From positions 55,018,670 through 55,082,669 of the forward strand of contig NC_068985.1 in NCBI RefSeq assembly GCF_001194135.2: a stretch of DNA of 64,000 nucleotides, read 5' to 3'. The translations under genes were made by a program, and so were the position numbers. Under the pieces are notes generated by a model that was given only the letters and a program-made list of their open reading frames with translations, was not told the DNA's origin and did not search any database. Within the stretch, counting starts at the first letter, position 1. Each line of letters starts with the position of its first letter. Source of the DNA: Octopus bimaculoides. Lineage: Eukaryota. This document shows positions 23,425 through 35,410 of this stretch, piece by piece.

Positions 23425-23687
23425 TGTCAGTAATTATTCAGAGTAGGCAGTTGGTGCCTATACACAAAAAATAAGCGAAACACAGGTGCGAGACTGAGTT
23501 GAAGGCAGATTTATTTCTGCCTTTATATCACATAAAGAAGATGGTGTTCTAGGAGTGTACACAGCACATGTACTACAGCACATGTACTACAGCACATGTA
23601 CTACAGCACATGTACTACAGCAGTACTATGCATAGCTTAAATACTGAGATTGAAAAGCAGGGGTGAATTATGCCTACCTAATCTACA
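23425..23687 (-). mobile_element. Candidate solo LTR (263 bp) containing a 14-bp tandem repeat
   Basis: On the minus strand it runs TGTAG...TGACA, with TATAAA (23522-23527) and AATAAA (23510-23515). Four and a half copies of acagcacatgtact lie at 23561-23627. No matching TSD was found. Confidence 0.35.
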
Positions 23688-24559
23688 AAAAAAAAAATAT
23701 ATATATTTTGCATTTTATGCATGGTAATCAGAGTAACCTTCATAATTTTATTGAATTAGGTGCATATTTAGCCATAAAAGGAAAATGCTGCTATCGATCT
23801 ATTTTATTTAAGGTAGGCCCTGCCTACCTTGCCTACCTAGGTGTGTATGTATATGTATATATGTACATATGTGTGTGTATGTACCACAAGACTGCCACAC
23901 CGCATCACATCACACCAACCCACACACACTAGCACTGAACACTTCCTAGCACCCACACCATCATTCACACACCTACACATTACAGATGCACACATCTACA
24001 CATCAAAGTCACTGTTGAAGAGCGTAGGCTCAAAACTTAAAGACTTTCTCACCTTCCTGAGCATCAAACTAATACACCTGTCTTCGTCTTTTGTTTTTCT
24101 GCAAATTTCAACTATATATATAAGTGTGAGTGTGTTTATATTTGTGTCTCCTTGTTTTGACATTGTGTGGTAATTGTAAATGAGAGTCACTGTCATATAA
24201 GCAGTGTCATTCATTTCCAGTATTCTGCAAAACATATCTTTTCATGGGGAAAATATTACCTTACTTGGAAACAAGTAGGGGTTGGTAACAGGAAAAGCAT
24301 CCAACTGTAGAGTATCTGCCTCAATAAACTCCATTCTACCCATGCAAGCAGGGTAAAGTGAATATTAAAACAACGGTGAAAATTTGAAATGAGGACTTGA
24401 ATTCAAGATTTCAGTATTTTAAATAATTGATTCATTCTCTGCATCTGATAAATATTGTATGACTAAGTTAACTTATAAGATAGTTCCAGCCTAGAAGACG
24501 AAGAGCAAAGGTTGAAAGAAAAAAAAAGCTATATAAGGGCAGAGAACTGTGATGGATAT

Positions 24560-25220
24560 CTTTTATCTTTTACTTGTCTCAGTCATTAGACTGCGGCCAT
24601 ACTGGGGCACCTCCTTAAAGAATTTTAGTCAAATGTATTGACCCCAGTACCTATCTTTTCAAAGCCTGGTACTTATTCAATCGACCTCTTTTGCCAAACC
24701 ACTAGGTTACAGGGACATAAATACACCAGTACCAGTTGTCAAGCGGTGGTGGTGGGGACATACATATGTGTGTACACACACACATATATATACACACGTA
24801 TCTTTTATTTTTTACTTGTTTCAGTCATTAGACTGTGGCCATGCCGGGGCACCACCTTGAAGAAATTTTAGTCAAATGAATCAACCACTATGTTACAGGG
24901 ACGTAAACACAACAACACCGGTTGTCAAGTAGTGGTGGTGGTGGGGAAACACAGACACAAACACACACACACACACACACACACACANNNNNNNNNNNNN
25001 NNNNNNNNNNNNNNNNNNNNNNNNNNNNNNNNNNNTATATATATATATATATATATTACAATGGCCTTTCAGTTTCTGTCTACCAAATCCACTGACAAGG
25101 CTTTGGCTGGTCTGAGGCTAGAGTAGAAGACACTTGCTCAAGGTGCCATGCAGTAGGACTGAACTCAGAACCATGTGGTTGGGAAGTAAGCTTCTTACCA
25201 CACAGCCACACCTGCACCTA
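24560..25220 (-). mobile_element. Family-B SINE with two consecutive type-ii tails; N gap in the hinge
   Basis: Two copies of tttacttg.ttcagtcattagactg.ggccat (24570, 24810) and a head ending in accacacagccacacctgc (~25198-25216). Confidence 0.75.
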
Positions 25221-26218
25221 CATTCTAAATATCCTCCATAGGGCATGAAACTAAAATAGTGAATTAGAAGAGGAAAGATAACAGAAAATAGAGAACAAAT
25301 GTTGATAACAAGGAAGGATTCTTTAGGATAAAGTTTTCATTGATGTTTATCTGAGAAAAAATGCTCAGAACTGGCTGAATGTAAAAGATTGGGGACAGGG
25401 AGACAGAACAAGATTAGGGAGCAAGACAAATGATAAAAAGCAGTTAAGTTAGTAAAAAAAATATTCTTTTTTCTCCAAAGCTATCTGGCAATAATATCAA
25501 GTGAGTGCATCAGAAGAAAGGAGCATTACTTAAATACATGAAAGAGAAAAAGGGGGTAGGAAAAAAAAGTGAGAAGTGTGTAGTAAGCAAAGTAAATGCT
25601 AGGTTTGTTTGTAAGTGGTGTAGTGGTTTTGTGAGCCTAATGACAATGCACTTACATCTCAAGTGTTCAGAATGCAGTAGGTAGTCTGGGAATTAAGCTT
25701 ATCAAGTGCTGTTTGCAAGTGGGAACACTAAGATTGCACCATTTAATAGAAACAAAATCTGAGATATGTATGTATGCCTATATGTAAGTATGAGTGTGTA
25801 TATATGTATATACACACATATATGTGTGTGTATTATTATACATCTATTATTATTAAACATATGTGTGGTGTGTGTATGTGTGTTTTTGAGATTACAAGAG
25901 TTTCTTGTTTTCAATTGTTTTTGTTGATTTCTTCAAAGAAGTATCACAAGTGAGATGTAGGATTGTCACAGATTTTTTTTTTCCCGTAAATATTTAAGTC
26001 AACATTTACACCATTTAGTAATAATCTCTTATGACACAGACCAGTGTGAAAAGACAGTCTCTCACAGCTTCATCAGTTTGGCAACAGACAAGATTCAAGT
26101 ACATTTTGGCTGAACAACTAATCACAATTTCTTGACAATTGCCAGAAAAGAGGTGTAACAATAAAGAATAATTACTAGAGTGATGATGATGATGATGATG
26201 ATGATATAACATATGGAT

Positions 26219-26220
<2 letters not shown>

Positions 26221-26300
<80 letters not shown>
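26221..26300. repeat. (GA)n microsatellite preceded by (GAT)n
   Basis: Direct reading. Confidence 0.95.
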
Positions 26301-26305
<5 letters not shown>

Positions 26306-27552
26306 AGAACAGTTGTGCAAATCTATTAAGATATAATTTCAGCAAAACTACATACACACACACAGAGTTTATTCAGTATTTTCCAATTAATAGTAAAATA
26401 CATCAAAATATTTCATTTATTTTATTCCTTCACTTGTTCAAGTGATATTCTATACAACAAAACAAGGTTAAACTGTCTTTATAGATTACATTAAGTTAAG
26501 TAAATAGCAACTTTGTGACAGTCAATGGTTGTGTAGTGAAAGAGATTGCTCTGTAATCATGTAGTTACCGGTTCAATTACACTGCACAGTATTATATGGC
26601 CAAATGCTTTTCTATTGTGGTGATAGGTCATTCAAAGTAAAATTCAGCAAACAGAAACTGTAAGGAAGCTCAACAGAGGGATATTTTCTGCTCCTTGATA
26701 ATATACTTAATTCATCACTTTATTTATTTCCCCAATCCACCTGCATTTAAAGAAGTCTTGTCTATTGCAGACAGACAAGGGTTAAAGATCAAGTTACTCT
26801 TTACTTCTCGTAAGTCCTAGAGGCCTCACTCTGCTCCTCTTGCTCTGACTAAAGCATAAACAACAACAAATAAAACAATGATTATATTTAAATGTAGTTG
26901 TTATTTACACTAGTTAGATGAGTCAGCAGTACTACATATTAACATAGATTACTACAATAATAATTCTTGTTTTAATAACTGAAACATCATTAGTCACTCA
27001 ACAATTAAATCGAAATGTGACCTACTTTGTAATTGAAGTAGACAGAACAACACGAATAATACAAAAGAGTGGGGATTGAATTAGTAAACTTATAGTTCAG
27101 TTTTACCAGGAATTTTATGACCTCAGTGACTATGTGACTTTTTGCTCAAAACTTATTAAAAAAGGAAAATTGAAATCACATGGGTTTCCCCCATCTTACA
27201 GGGTTGATTGCATTTCCTTTTTTTCATAAAGTTGTGAACACAGATAATTTTTCATTTTGTACTCATGAAAAGAAAGCTAAGAAAATTGTATACCCACCAC
27301 GTATTACAGTAGATGCTAGAAAACTTACTGAAAAGCTCATTTAGAGTGATAATATAAATTAATATATAGTATTTTGAAAAAATCATGTTTCCTCAGAAAC
27401 AAGTAATAAGAATAACATTTTATTCAAGGTTCCATATTTATTTTTTATTCCATTCATTTCTTCAAAGCTTGAACCACTTTTTGGCAAGTTTAGATGCAAC
27501 AGTTCAGTGTGAATCAACATTCTTGAACCAACTGAAGATTGTCAGAGTCATT

Positions 27553-27776
27553 TTAATCCTTCACCATTCACATTATTCTGTCAAAAGTAATGCTTACTTA
27601 TTCATATTGTTTTCAATTAATCAAGCACTATCTTGTAGCTTTAAGATTTTGATGAGGTAACTTAATTTTTAGAATAATATTGTAGGGTTGGGGTGAGATG
27701 CCAGATCTGACCAGCTTGAATATAATAGGAAGGATATTTTGGCTGGATATAGCCAATTTAAATGCTAAAGGGTTAA
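27553..27776. mobile_element. piggyBac-type MITE (family 2)
   Basis: ttaatccttcaccatt ... aatgctaaagggttaa termini with TTAA at both ends (27553-27556, 27773-27776). Confidence 0.75.
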
Positions 27777-28269
27777 AGCAATTTACTCAACATATAGGGA
27801 ATTCATATGATTGTTTATATTTAAAGTGTTGATAAACACTTTAATATGGCTGGGTACTGCTGTTTGTGTGTGTGTGTGTGTGTGTGTATGCACGTGTCCA
27901 TCATAACCATCAATTAATGCCAGTCTTTCATGCTGGCATTAATTGGTTGGAAGGTTTAACAGGATCCAATGAGCCGGAGGACTGCATCAAGCTCCAGTGT
28001 CTGCTTTGGCATGGTTTATAAAGCTAGATAGCCTTCCCAATGCCAAACACTTCACAGAATTTACTGGGTGCTTTCTTTCTTATGACAGCAGCACAAATGA
28101 GGTTACCAAGTAACTCACAAGACAAAGGAAAAACACTTGACTAAATGAGAATGCAGTAGAGAAGGAGGTGGCTTTATGACAGGTGTTGAGAAGCTAAAGT
28201 GCAATAAAGGAACCAGCACAGATATTTTGCTGTAGAGGAGATACATGGTTACCCTGTATTATAAAACAA

Positions 28270-28306
<37 letters not shown>

Positions 28307-28639
28307 ATATATATGCACACATACAAACACAAATATATGCAAATGTTCAGGCTTTCTACATATTTACATACATAGATGTAAGTACATATGTGCCTGTGTC
28401 TACGTATGTGTACATGTGTTGAAATTGTATTAAATAAAGAGAGGATGTAAAGAACAAAATAACTACAAACTATTTTATTGATATAAACAGGAAATAGCAG
28501 TACAGAATATTTGCCTTGAATAGTGAGATGAATCAGAAGGAGGGGGTGGATTTTATTTACTTGACGGTCACTGATCTTCCATTGTCTACACTAAGTAAAC
28601 AAATTTATAATAATATTAGCATTCTAAAGCATCTAATAG

Positions 28640-28640
28640 G

Positions 28641-28698
<58 letters not shown>

Positions 28699-28715
28699 TA
28701 ATAATAATAATAATT
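28640..28715. repeat. Long (TAA)n microsatellite (~25 units), the tail of the adjacent minus-strand SINE
   Basis: Direct reading. Confidence 0.95.
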
Positions 28716-28869
28716 ATTTCTTTATTTCCCACAAGGGGCTAAACATAGAGGGGACAAACAAGGACAGACAAACGGATTAAGTCGATTACATCGACACCAG
28801 TGCGTAACTGGTACTTATTTAATCGACCCCGAAAGGATGAAAGGCAAAGTCGACCTCGGCGGAATTTGA
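28716..28869 (-). mobile_element. Young (CpG-intact), 5'-truncated family-A SINE variant with a distinct 3' end
   Basis: gtcgattacatcgac, aatcgaccccgaaaggatgaaaggcaaagtcgacctcggcggaatttga. On the minus strand its tail is ...agccccttgtgggaaataaagaaat(att)n. Confidence 0.8.
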
Positions 28870-28884
28870 GGTCGACTTTGCCTT

Positions 28885-28948
28885 AAGGCGCACAGAGCTG
28901 CACTCAGTAGTGAAATGAAAGCACGTCATAAAAATAAAACTACTGAAC

Positions 28949-28980
<32 letters not shown>
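28885..28980 (+). mobile_element. 63-bp extreme 3' end of the Dong element family, plus (TAA)n tail
   Basis: 28885-28947 matches 34303-34365 at 55/63 positions, including ataaaaataaaactactgaa. Confidence 0.85.
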
Positions 28981-28983
<3 letters not shown>

Positions 28984-29690
28984 TTTCAAATTTTGGCACA
29001 AGGCCAGCAATTTTGGAGGGGGAAAATCAATTACACCAACTCAAGTGCTTAACTGGTACTTATTTAATTGACCCTGAAAGGATGAAAAGCAAAGCTGACC
29101 TTGGCAAAATTTGGAATCAGTATGTATAGACAGATAAAATACTGTTAAGTATTTTGCCTGGTGGAGTAATGACTCTGCAACTTCACCGCCCTAATAATAA
29201 TGGTAATAATAATCCTTCCTTCTATAGGCATAAGGCCTGAAATTTGGTGGGAGCAGACTAGTTGATTGCAGGAGAAACAAATAATTACATTAATAATAAT
29301 TCTTAGTAAGTTTTGCACAATGCAAGCAATTTTGAAGAGAGTGGTAAGTTCATTTTATTGACCCTAGTATTTGACTGTTACTTTATTCTATTGATCCCAA
29401 AAGGATAAAAGGCAAAATTGACCTCAGCAGGGTTTGAACTCAGAGCAGAAAGAGACAGAAGAAATGCTGCTAAGCATTTTGACCAGTGTGCTACCAATTC
29501 TACCAACCTGTCATCTGAATAATAATAATAATAATAATGGTTTCAAATTTTGCCACAACGGCAGCAATTTTGGGGGAGGATATGAGTCAATTACATTGAC
29601 CCCAGTTTTCAACTGGTACTTACTTTATCAGTCTCTAAAGGATGTAAGTCGACCTCAGCAGATACAACAACAACAACAACAACAACAACA
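28981..29690 (-). mobile_element. Array of four family-A SINE copies or fragments separated by (AAT)n
   Basis: Copies at ~28981-29192, 29213-29270, 29300-29518 and 29538-29660, all in the same orientation. Confidence 0.8.
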
Positions 29691-30276
29691 ATAATTAAAA
29701 GAATGGTAGATGCACATATGGCCACCCCCAAAATACATTTATAAATTTACGTCATTATAATCCCATTAAAAATATTTCATTATTAGCATATTTGCTACAT
29801 ACTTGTATCCACTCCCACACAAGTCAAAGACTATTAGTACCTCTAAACCTCCAACATACAGTGTTAAATTATTGTTATTACAAGCCAAGATCCCAGTTTT
29901 TATTAATTACATCTATTAATTAACAGATACACCATATAGTAACCACAGTGTTTTTTGTTTGTTTTTATGTTCTTGACTTGTTTTGGTCCAGTCATTTACA
30001 TCTATCTTATTCCTGCAAGATAAGATTCTTCATTCTTAGTTTTCTCATAATCACAACATACCTCACAATTAAATTTAATTAACGAAACCTCTCTTTTTTC
30101 TTAAAATTCAAAATATGGACTTGTGACTTTTGAAATGACATATTCTGTCATAGTGAGAACAGCTGATAGATATGAATCTAGCTAGACAAGTAGATAGCTA
30201 GACAGATAAACAGAAGTTAGATAGATAGATAGATAGATAGATAGAAAACAGATAGATAGGTAGATATAGAGGTAGA

Positions 30277-30490
30277 GAAAGGTGGCAAGCTGGCAGAACA
30301 TTAACATGCTGGGCAAAATGCATAGTGGTATTTTGTCTGTCTAAGTTCTGAGTTCAAATTCCGCCGAGGTCGACTTTGCCTTTCATCCTTTTGGGGCTGA
30401 TAAATTAAGTACTAGTTGCATGCTGGGTCGATCTAATCGACTGGCCCTCTCCCCAAAAATTTCGGACCTTGTGCCTAGAGTAGAAAAGAA
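30277..30490 (+). mobile_element. Family-A SINE within (GATA)n-like repeats
   Basis: aaaggtggcaagctggcagaac...ctgagttcaaattccgccgaggtcgactttgcc...ggaccttgtgcctagagtagaaaag. Confidence 0.85.
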
Positions 30491-30827
30491 TATATAGGTA
30501 CAGAGGCCAGTAGATTAATAGGTTGACATGCAGACAGATAGGCAGAGGTATAGGTAGATAAATAGAAGATAAATAGCGAGTAAGGTAGACAAGTTGACAA
30601 GCAGACAAGTAAATAGGCAGGTAGACACAGATAGACAGGTAAATAGTCAGATCGATATAGACACAACTAAATAATTCAAAGACAGACAGAAGGATGAATG
30701 AATGTCAATAGTTCTACTATAAAGAGAATGCACATGTGCTCTCAAACAGAGTTTGACATTAAAGGTGTTGATTATTGGTTGCATGTAAAACTTAAAGCCT
30801 TCTCTTTTTCACTACTGTCAAGACCTA

Positions 30828-31355
30828 GCAAAAACTGAGCAAGTATAAAGATCTTGAAATAGAAACTGGCAAAATGTAAGACTAAAACAATACCTGTTGT
30901 CATTTGTGCCCTAGGAATGATAGCAAAAGGTGCTGATTGCTACCTATCTCAGATACCAGGAAATCCCAAAATGGAAGAAATTCAAAAATAGTGCTGATGG
31001 GAACCGCTCATATCCTATGAAAAATATTGTCTATGTAATCCCCAAATCATTTTAATTTGTAAACATTGTCAAAAGTACTTTTAAATGTACATAATACCAA
31101 ACATCTTTTATTATTATCTTAACATCATCCTATCATCTTAAAATAAAATTAATTTTAAAACAAACTTCTAATTTTTCTTAAGTTTTGACAGACATTTTCT
31201 AGAACAAAGACTCTCAATGCAAATCAAAAAATATGGCACTCTAGTCATAACACCAACTTGAACTTCTAACTTGTCTCCTGAAGTCTCTGTATGAGACTGG
31301 GAGTCAACTTGTATATATACAAAGCAAAAGCAAAACATATAATAATAATAATAAT
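30828..31355 (+). mobile_element. R4/Dong-clade LINE 3' fragment (second lineage)
   Basis: KLSKYKDLEIETGKM...KTIPVVICALGMIAKGADCYLSQIPGNPKMEEIQK.VLMGTAHIL*KILSM* (stop 31036-31038), a ~300-bp 3' UTR and a (TAA)n tail. Confidence 0.85.
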
Positions 31356-31356
31356 A

Positions 31357-31712
31357 TCAGTGATTGTAGGAGCATTGTGGGAATGATCAAAAAAGGAACT
31401 GAAAATTATCGGAGAATGATCTCTGGCTTACCATCCTTGCAAGAAGTGAAAAAGATTGTTTTAACTGATACGTCATGTATTGAGAAAAGCCTTGTTGCAA
31501 TTACCACCCATGTAAACAATTCTATTTTCTACATAACTTTGATTTTGCAAATGAACAATCTGGTTGTTTATTTTAATGGGCAATCAATGAACAAAGTGAG
31601 TTTCTTTGCCCTAGGTGTCAGGTAGATACTCATCAAGGAATGGAAACAAAACTGAATGAAGAAAAACTAATAATAATAATAATAATAATAGTAATAATAA
31701 TGATAATAACAA
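31357..31712 (+). mobile_element. R4/Dong-clade LINE 3' fragment (third lineage)
   Basis: VIVGAL/GMIKKGTENYRRMISGLPSLQEVKKIVLTDTSCI..RKAL, a different 3' UTR and a (TAA)n tail at 31668-31712. Confidence 0.75.
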
Positions 31713-31989
31713 TGAGGACATATAATATGTGAGAGCGAAATTTATCCAAAAACATCGGAAATAAAAACATCCTATGGAGCCAAAAATAGCTGACAAAGGG
31801 ATGGACTATATCCGAGTAAGTAATACTCATTGAAATTTATTTCTATTTTCCAAATGAAATGATGTCTTTTAACTGGATACCACCTCCACTGCTCGCACAA
31901 CACATGTAAACACGCTTGACACATTACGATCCATCAACATCAGACCATCTCCGGCCCCAAATACCATGTATAAAATAATTACAAATAAA

Positions 31990-34384
31990 TTAAATAATAC
32001 CAGTATTATTCAACCCAAGAATAACAATTGGGAAGTAGTGGAAGAATTTTGGAAAGAAATATGGTCGGCGAAGGAACAACCTCAGAAAAGGACTATTAAA
32101 ACAATGAACTTAGCACCTGAACAACTCTGGATCCCTATAACAACTGAAGAGGTCACCCAGGTACTGCAAAGACTAAGCAACTGGAAGGCACCTGGGCACA
32201 ACAAGATCCCAAACTTCTGGTTAAAATATCTAACAAAACTACAGACCAATAACCTGTCTCCTTACAATTTACAAAGCCTTTACTGCAATGATATCGCAGA
32301 GATTGAGCAAGCATTTGGAAGAAAACAACCTGTTTCCAGAAGAGCAGAAGGGATGCTGCAAGGGCTCATAAGGCTGTAAAGATCAACTAATGATCAATAA
32401 ATCCATAACTGAAGAAAGCCACAGAAAAAAAAAAGGCCTCAGTATGGCCTGGATCAACTACCAAAAGGCTTTTGATAGTATTCCCCACACGTGGATCCTT
32501 GAAACACTAGCCATGAACAAGGTAGCACCAATAATTATAAAATACATAAGACACTCTATGAATAAATGGCAGACAGTGTTACAGCTCCAAACAAAAGAGG
32601 AACTCATGAAAACCAAAGCCATCCCCATTAGAAGAGGAATATTCCTGGGAGACACGCTCTCTCCACTCCTTTTCTGCTTGGCATTGACACCTTTATCTGA
32701 CATGCTAAATAGAACTGGATGTGGATACAAATATTACAGCAAAACAATCAGCAATATATGGATGACCTAAAACTATATGCTACAAATGATAAACGGCTAG
32801 AAACACTACTACAGACAATAAATAGATTTACCAAAGAAATAAATATGAAATTTGGCTTAGAAAAATGTGCTAAAGCAATCTTGAAAAGAGGAAAACTAGT
32901 TAAGAGGAGCAATATCACACTAGATAAAGTCAATGAAATAAGAGAATTAGACCAAAGCCAGATGTACAAATACTTAGGAATCAATGAACTAGATATGATA
33001 CAACACACACAAATGAAAGAGAAAATAAAGAAAGAATACTATAGACGAGTTAGATCAATACTGAAAACAGAGCTCAATGCTAAAAACAAGATAATAGGTA
33101 TCAATACTCTAGCTGTCCTAGTTATAAGTTACAGCTACCATATCCTTAACTGGACACTAAATGAACTAACCAAAATAGACAGGAAAACAAGAAAAATAAT
33201 GACAGGATCTAGGATGCACCACCCAAAATCTGACCCAAAATATATAGAAAGGCTATATACACCACATATAGAAGGTGGTAGAGCTGGAAAACTATTATAA
33301 AATAACCACCATATGACTGCAAAAACACCTACTTCAGAAGCAAGGAAAACTAATACAAATAGCCACCAAACATGAGCAAAACAAAAAACTGTTTTCAGTA
33401 TTTTAGGAAGCTGACAAATACAAACAAGAAGTCATACTACCTAACAAATACAAAGAAGAAGAAGAAACAACAAAAGCTATAAAACAAATGAAATCCAAAC
33501 TAAAATTAGAACAGCAATGGACCTTGATAAAATGATGGCAAGAAAAGCCTCTTCACGACAAATACTGGGCTAAACTAAATGCGAAAGAAATAGAGAAAAA
33601 TCCCAGCAATGGTTGAGAAGATCAGGACTCAAAGCAGAGACTGAAGGATTTTTAATTGCAACACAAGACCAGAAATTACCAAAAACATATAATGAAAAGA
33701 AACATAACAAGTAACTGCAGAATATGTGGAGATGGACAAGAAACAATAAATCATATTATCTCTGGCTGTCCAGTCCTGGCTAAGGAGGAATATATTCAAA
33801 GACATGACAAAGTTGGGACTCACACACACTGGAAGCTATGCCAACACTATGGAAAAAAGATGGTATAAGCACACGCCAGAAAAGGTCACAGAAAACAAGA
33901 AAGCAACCATACTATGGGATATACCAATACACACAGATAGAGAAGTTAAGGCCAATAGGCCAGATATATAATGATCATGAAGAAAAAAAATGCTTTCTAA
34001 TTGATGTGTCAATACCAGCAGATGACGTTTCTCTAAAAGAAATGGAGAAACTTTTAAAATACAAAGACCTGGAAATAGAGGTAACTCAAATGTGGTATCT
34101 AAAAACAGATACAATTCCTATCATAGTGGGTGCATTAGGTATGATAAAAAAATATTCAGACAAATACATAACAAAAACATCAGGACTTACAAATATATAC
34201 AACATACAGAAAATTGCACTACTGGGCACTGCACACATCCTACGCAAAACACTTTCAATACAGTAACCATAAGAGCATCACAGCAAACCACAGCACATAC
34301 CCAAGGCAAACAGAGCTGCACTCGGTCGTAAAGTGAAAGCATGTTATAAAAATAAAACTACTGAATAATAATAATAATAATAAT
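31990..34384 (+). mobile_element. 5'-truncated R4/Dong-clade non-LTR retrotransposon (RT + CCHC + restriction-like endonuclease), pseudogenised
   Basis: EEFWKEIWS, WKAPGHNKIPNFWLK, YRPITCL, FPEEQKGC, MAWINYQKAFDSIPH, RGIFLGDTLSPLLF, YMDDLKLY, FGLEKCA, YKYLGI, CRICGDGQETINHIISGCPVLA, RHDKV, FLIDVSIP, KYKDLEIE, IIVGALGMI and QKIALLGTAHILRKTL, with a (TAA)n tail at 34365-34384. It has multiple stops and frameshifts, and an internal deletion near 32238. Confidence 0.95.
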
Positions 34385-34594
34385 CCTTTCTGCAGTAGGC
34401 ATTAAGACCTGAAGTTTTGGGGGTGAAGGTAAGTTGATTACATGGGCTCAACTGGTACTTATCTTATCGATCCTCAAAAGCATGAAAGGCAAAGTCAATA
34501 GCAGCAGCATTTGAACTCAGAACATAAAGCCAGAAGTAATGCTGCTAAGCATTTAGTCTAGCGCGGTAATGATTTTGCTAGCTTGCTACCTTAC
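34385..34594 (-). mobile_element. Family-A SINE, tail-to-tail with the Dong element
   Basis: Reverse complement of family A; shares the (AAT)n tract with the Dong tail. Confidence 0.8.
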
Positions 34595-35214
34595 TAATAC
34601 TATTACTAATAATAATATTATAATGAGGATTGATTAGTTGCAAAAACAAAGCCAATTTGTATCATGCAGAACAGCTTCTACAGAACTACAATATGACTAA
34701 TCAGATCAGCATTACGCTAGTCTCATAGACAACTTTCTCTTCACACCTTAACTTCATCAACCACCAGCACCACCACTATCTCAAACAATGTCTTGTCAAT
34801 ATTGCATTATAAACCTATCTCTGCTTGCAACAATAGAAATGTACCTCCCTATGAGATTTACTTACGGTTCAGTGAACTGGACTGCTGAGACTTACAGTGC
34901 TTTGTTAGCGACAGCACATTACTACAGACAGTACACTACCAGATGTTACCACACCAACGGTAAATTTAATAACATATAACACTTTACCATACCAATTAAA
35001 CATAGAAGTTGGGGGCCTCCATCAAACATGTTGACCATGCCTCTGTACATGCATGAACAGGCTAAGGTAAGACTTTTGAGTAAGACTGGCCTATGCATAT
35101 AAGTCTCCCCTTTCCACTATTATCCAAGAGAAAGGTTACCAACTTGTACCAGTACAGTTTAGCACCATTGTTGTTGCAGATGCTACTGTTGAAACACAAA
35201 GAGCCAAAACAGAT

Positions 35215-35410
35215 ACCATGACACATCTTGCCTGACCTTTCACAGTTCCACCCATTCACCACCCTACATTGGTACTCTTTTATTAACTTCAAAAGGATGA
35301 AAGTCGAAGTTGACTTTGGCAGGATTTGAACACAGTGGACAAAGTGTTGGAACAAAACACCATAAGGCATTCTGCCCAATGTTCTACCAACTATGCCAAT
35401 TGCTGCCTTA
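35215..35410 (-). mobile_element. Family-A SINE
   Basis: aaaaggatgaaagtcgaagttgactttggcaggatttgaac...aaggcattctgcccaatgttctacc. Confidence 0.7.

Noticed and set aside
19431-26809. + strand micro-exon-like AG…GT pairs at about 19431-19463 and 26771-26809
   Set aside because: They are on the opposite strand to the other candidates and cannot be assembled into a model; such pairs are expected by chance in 64 kb of AT-rich DNA.
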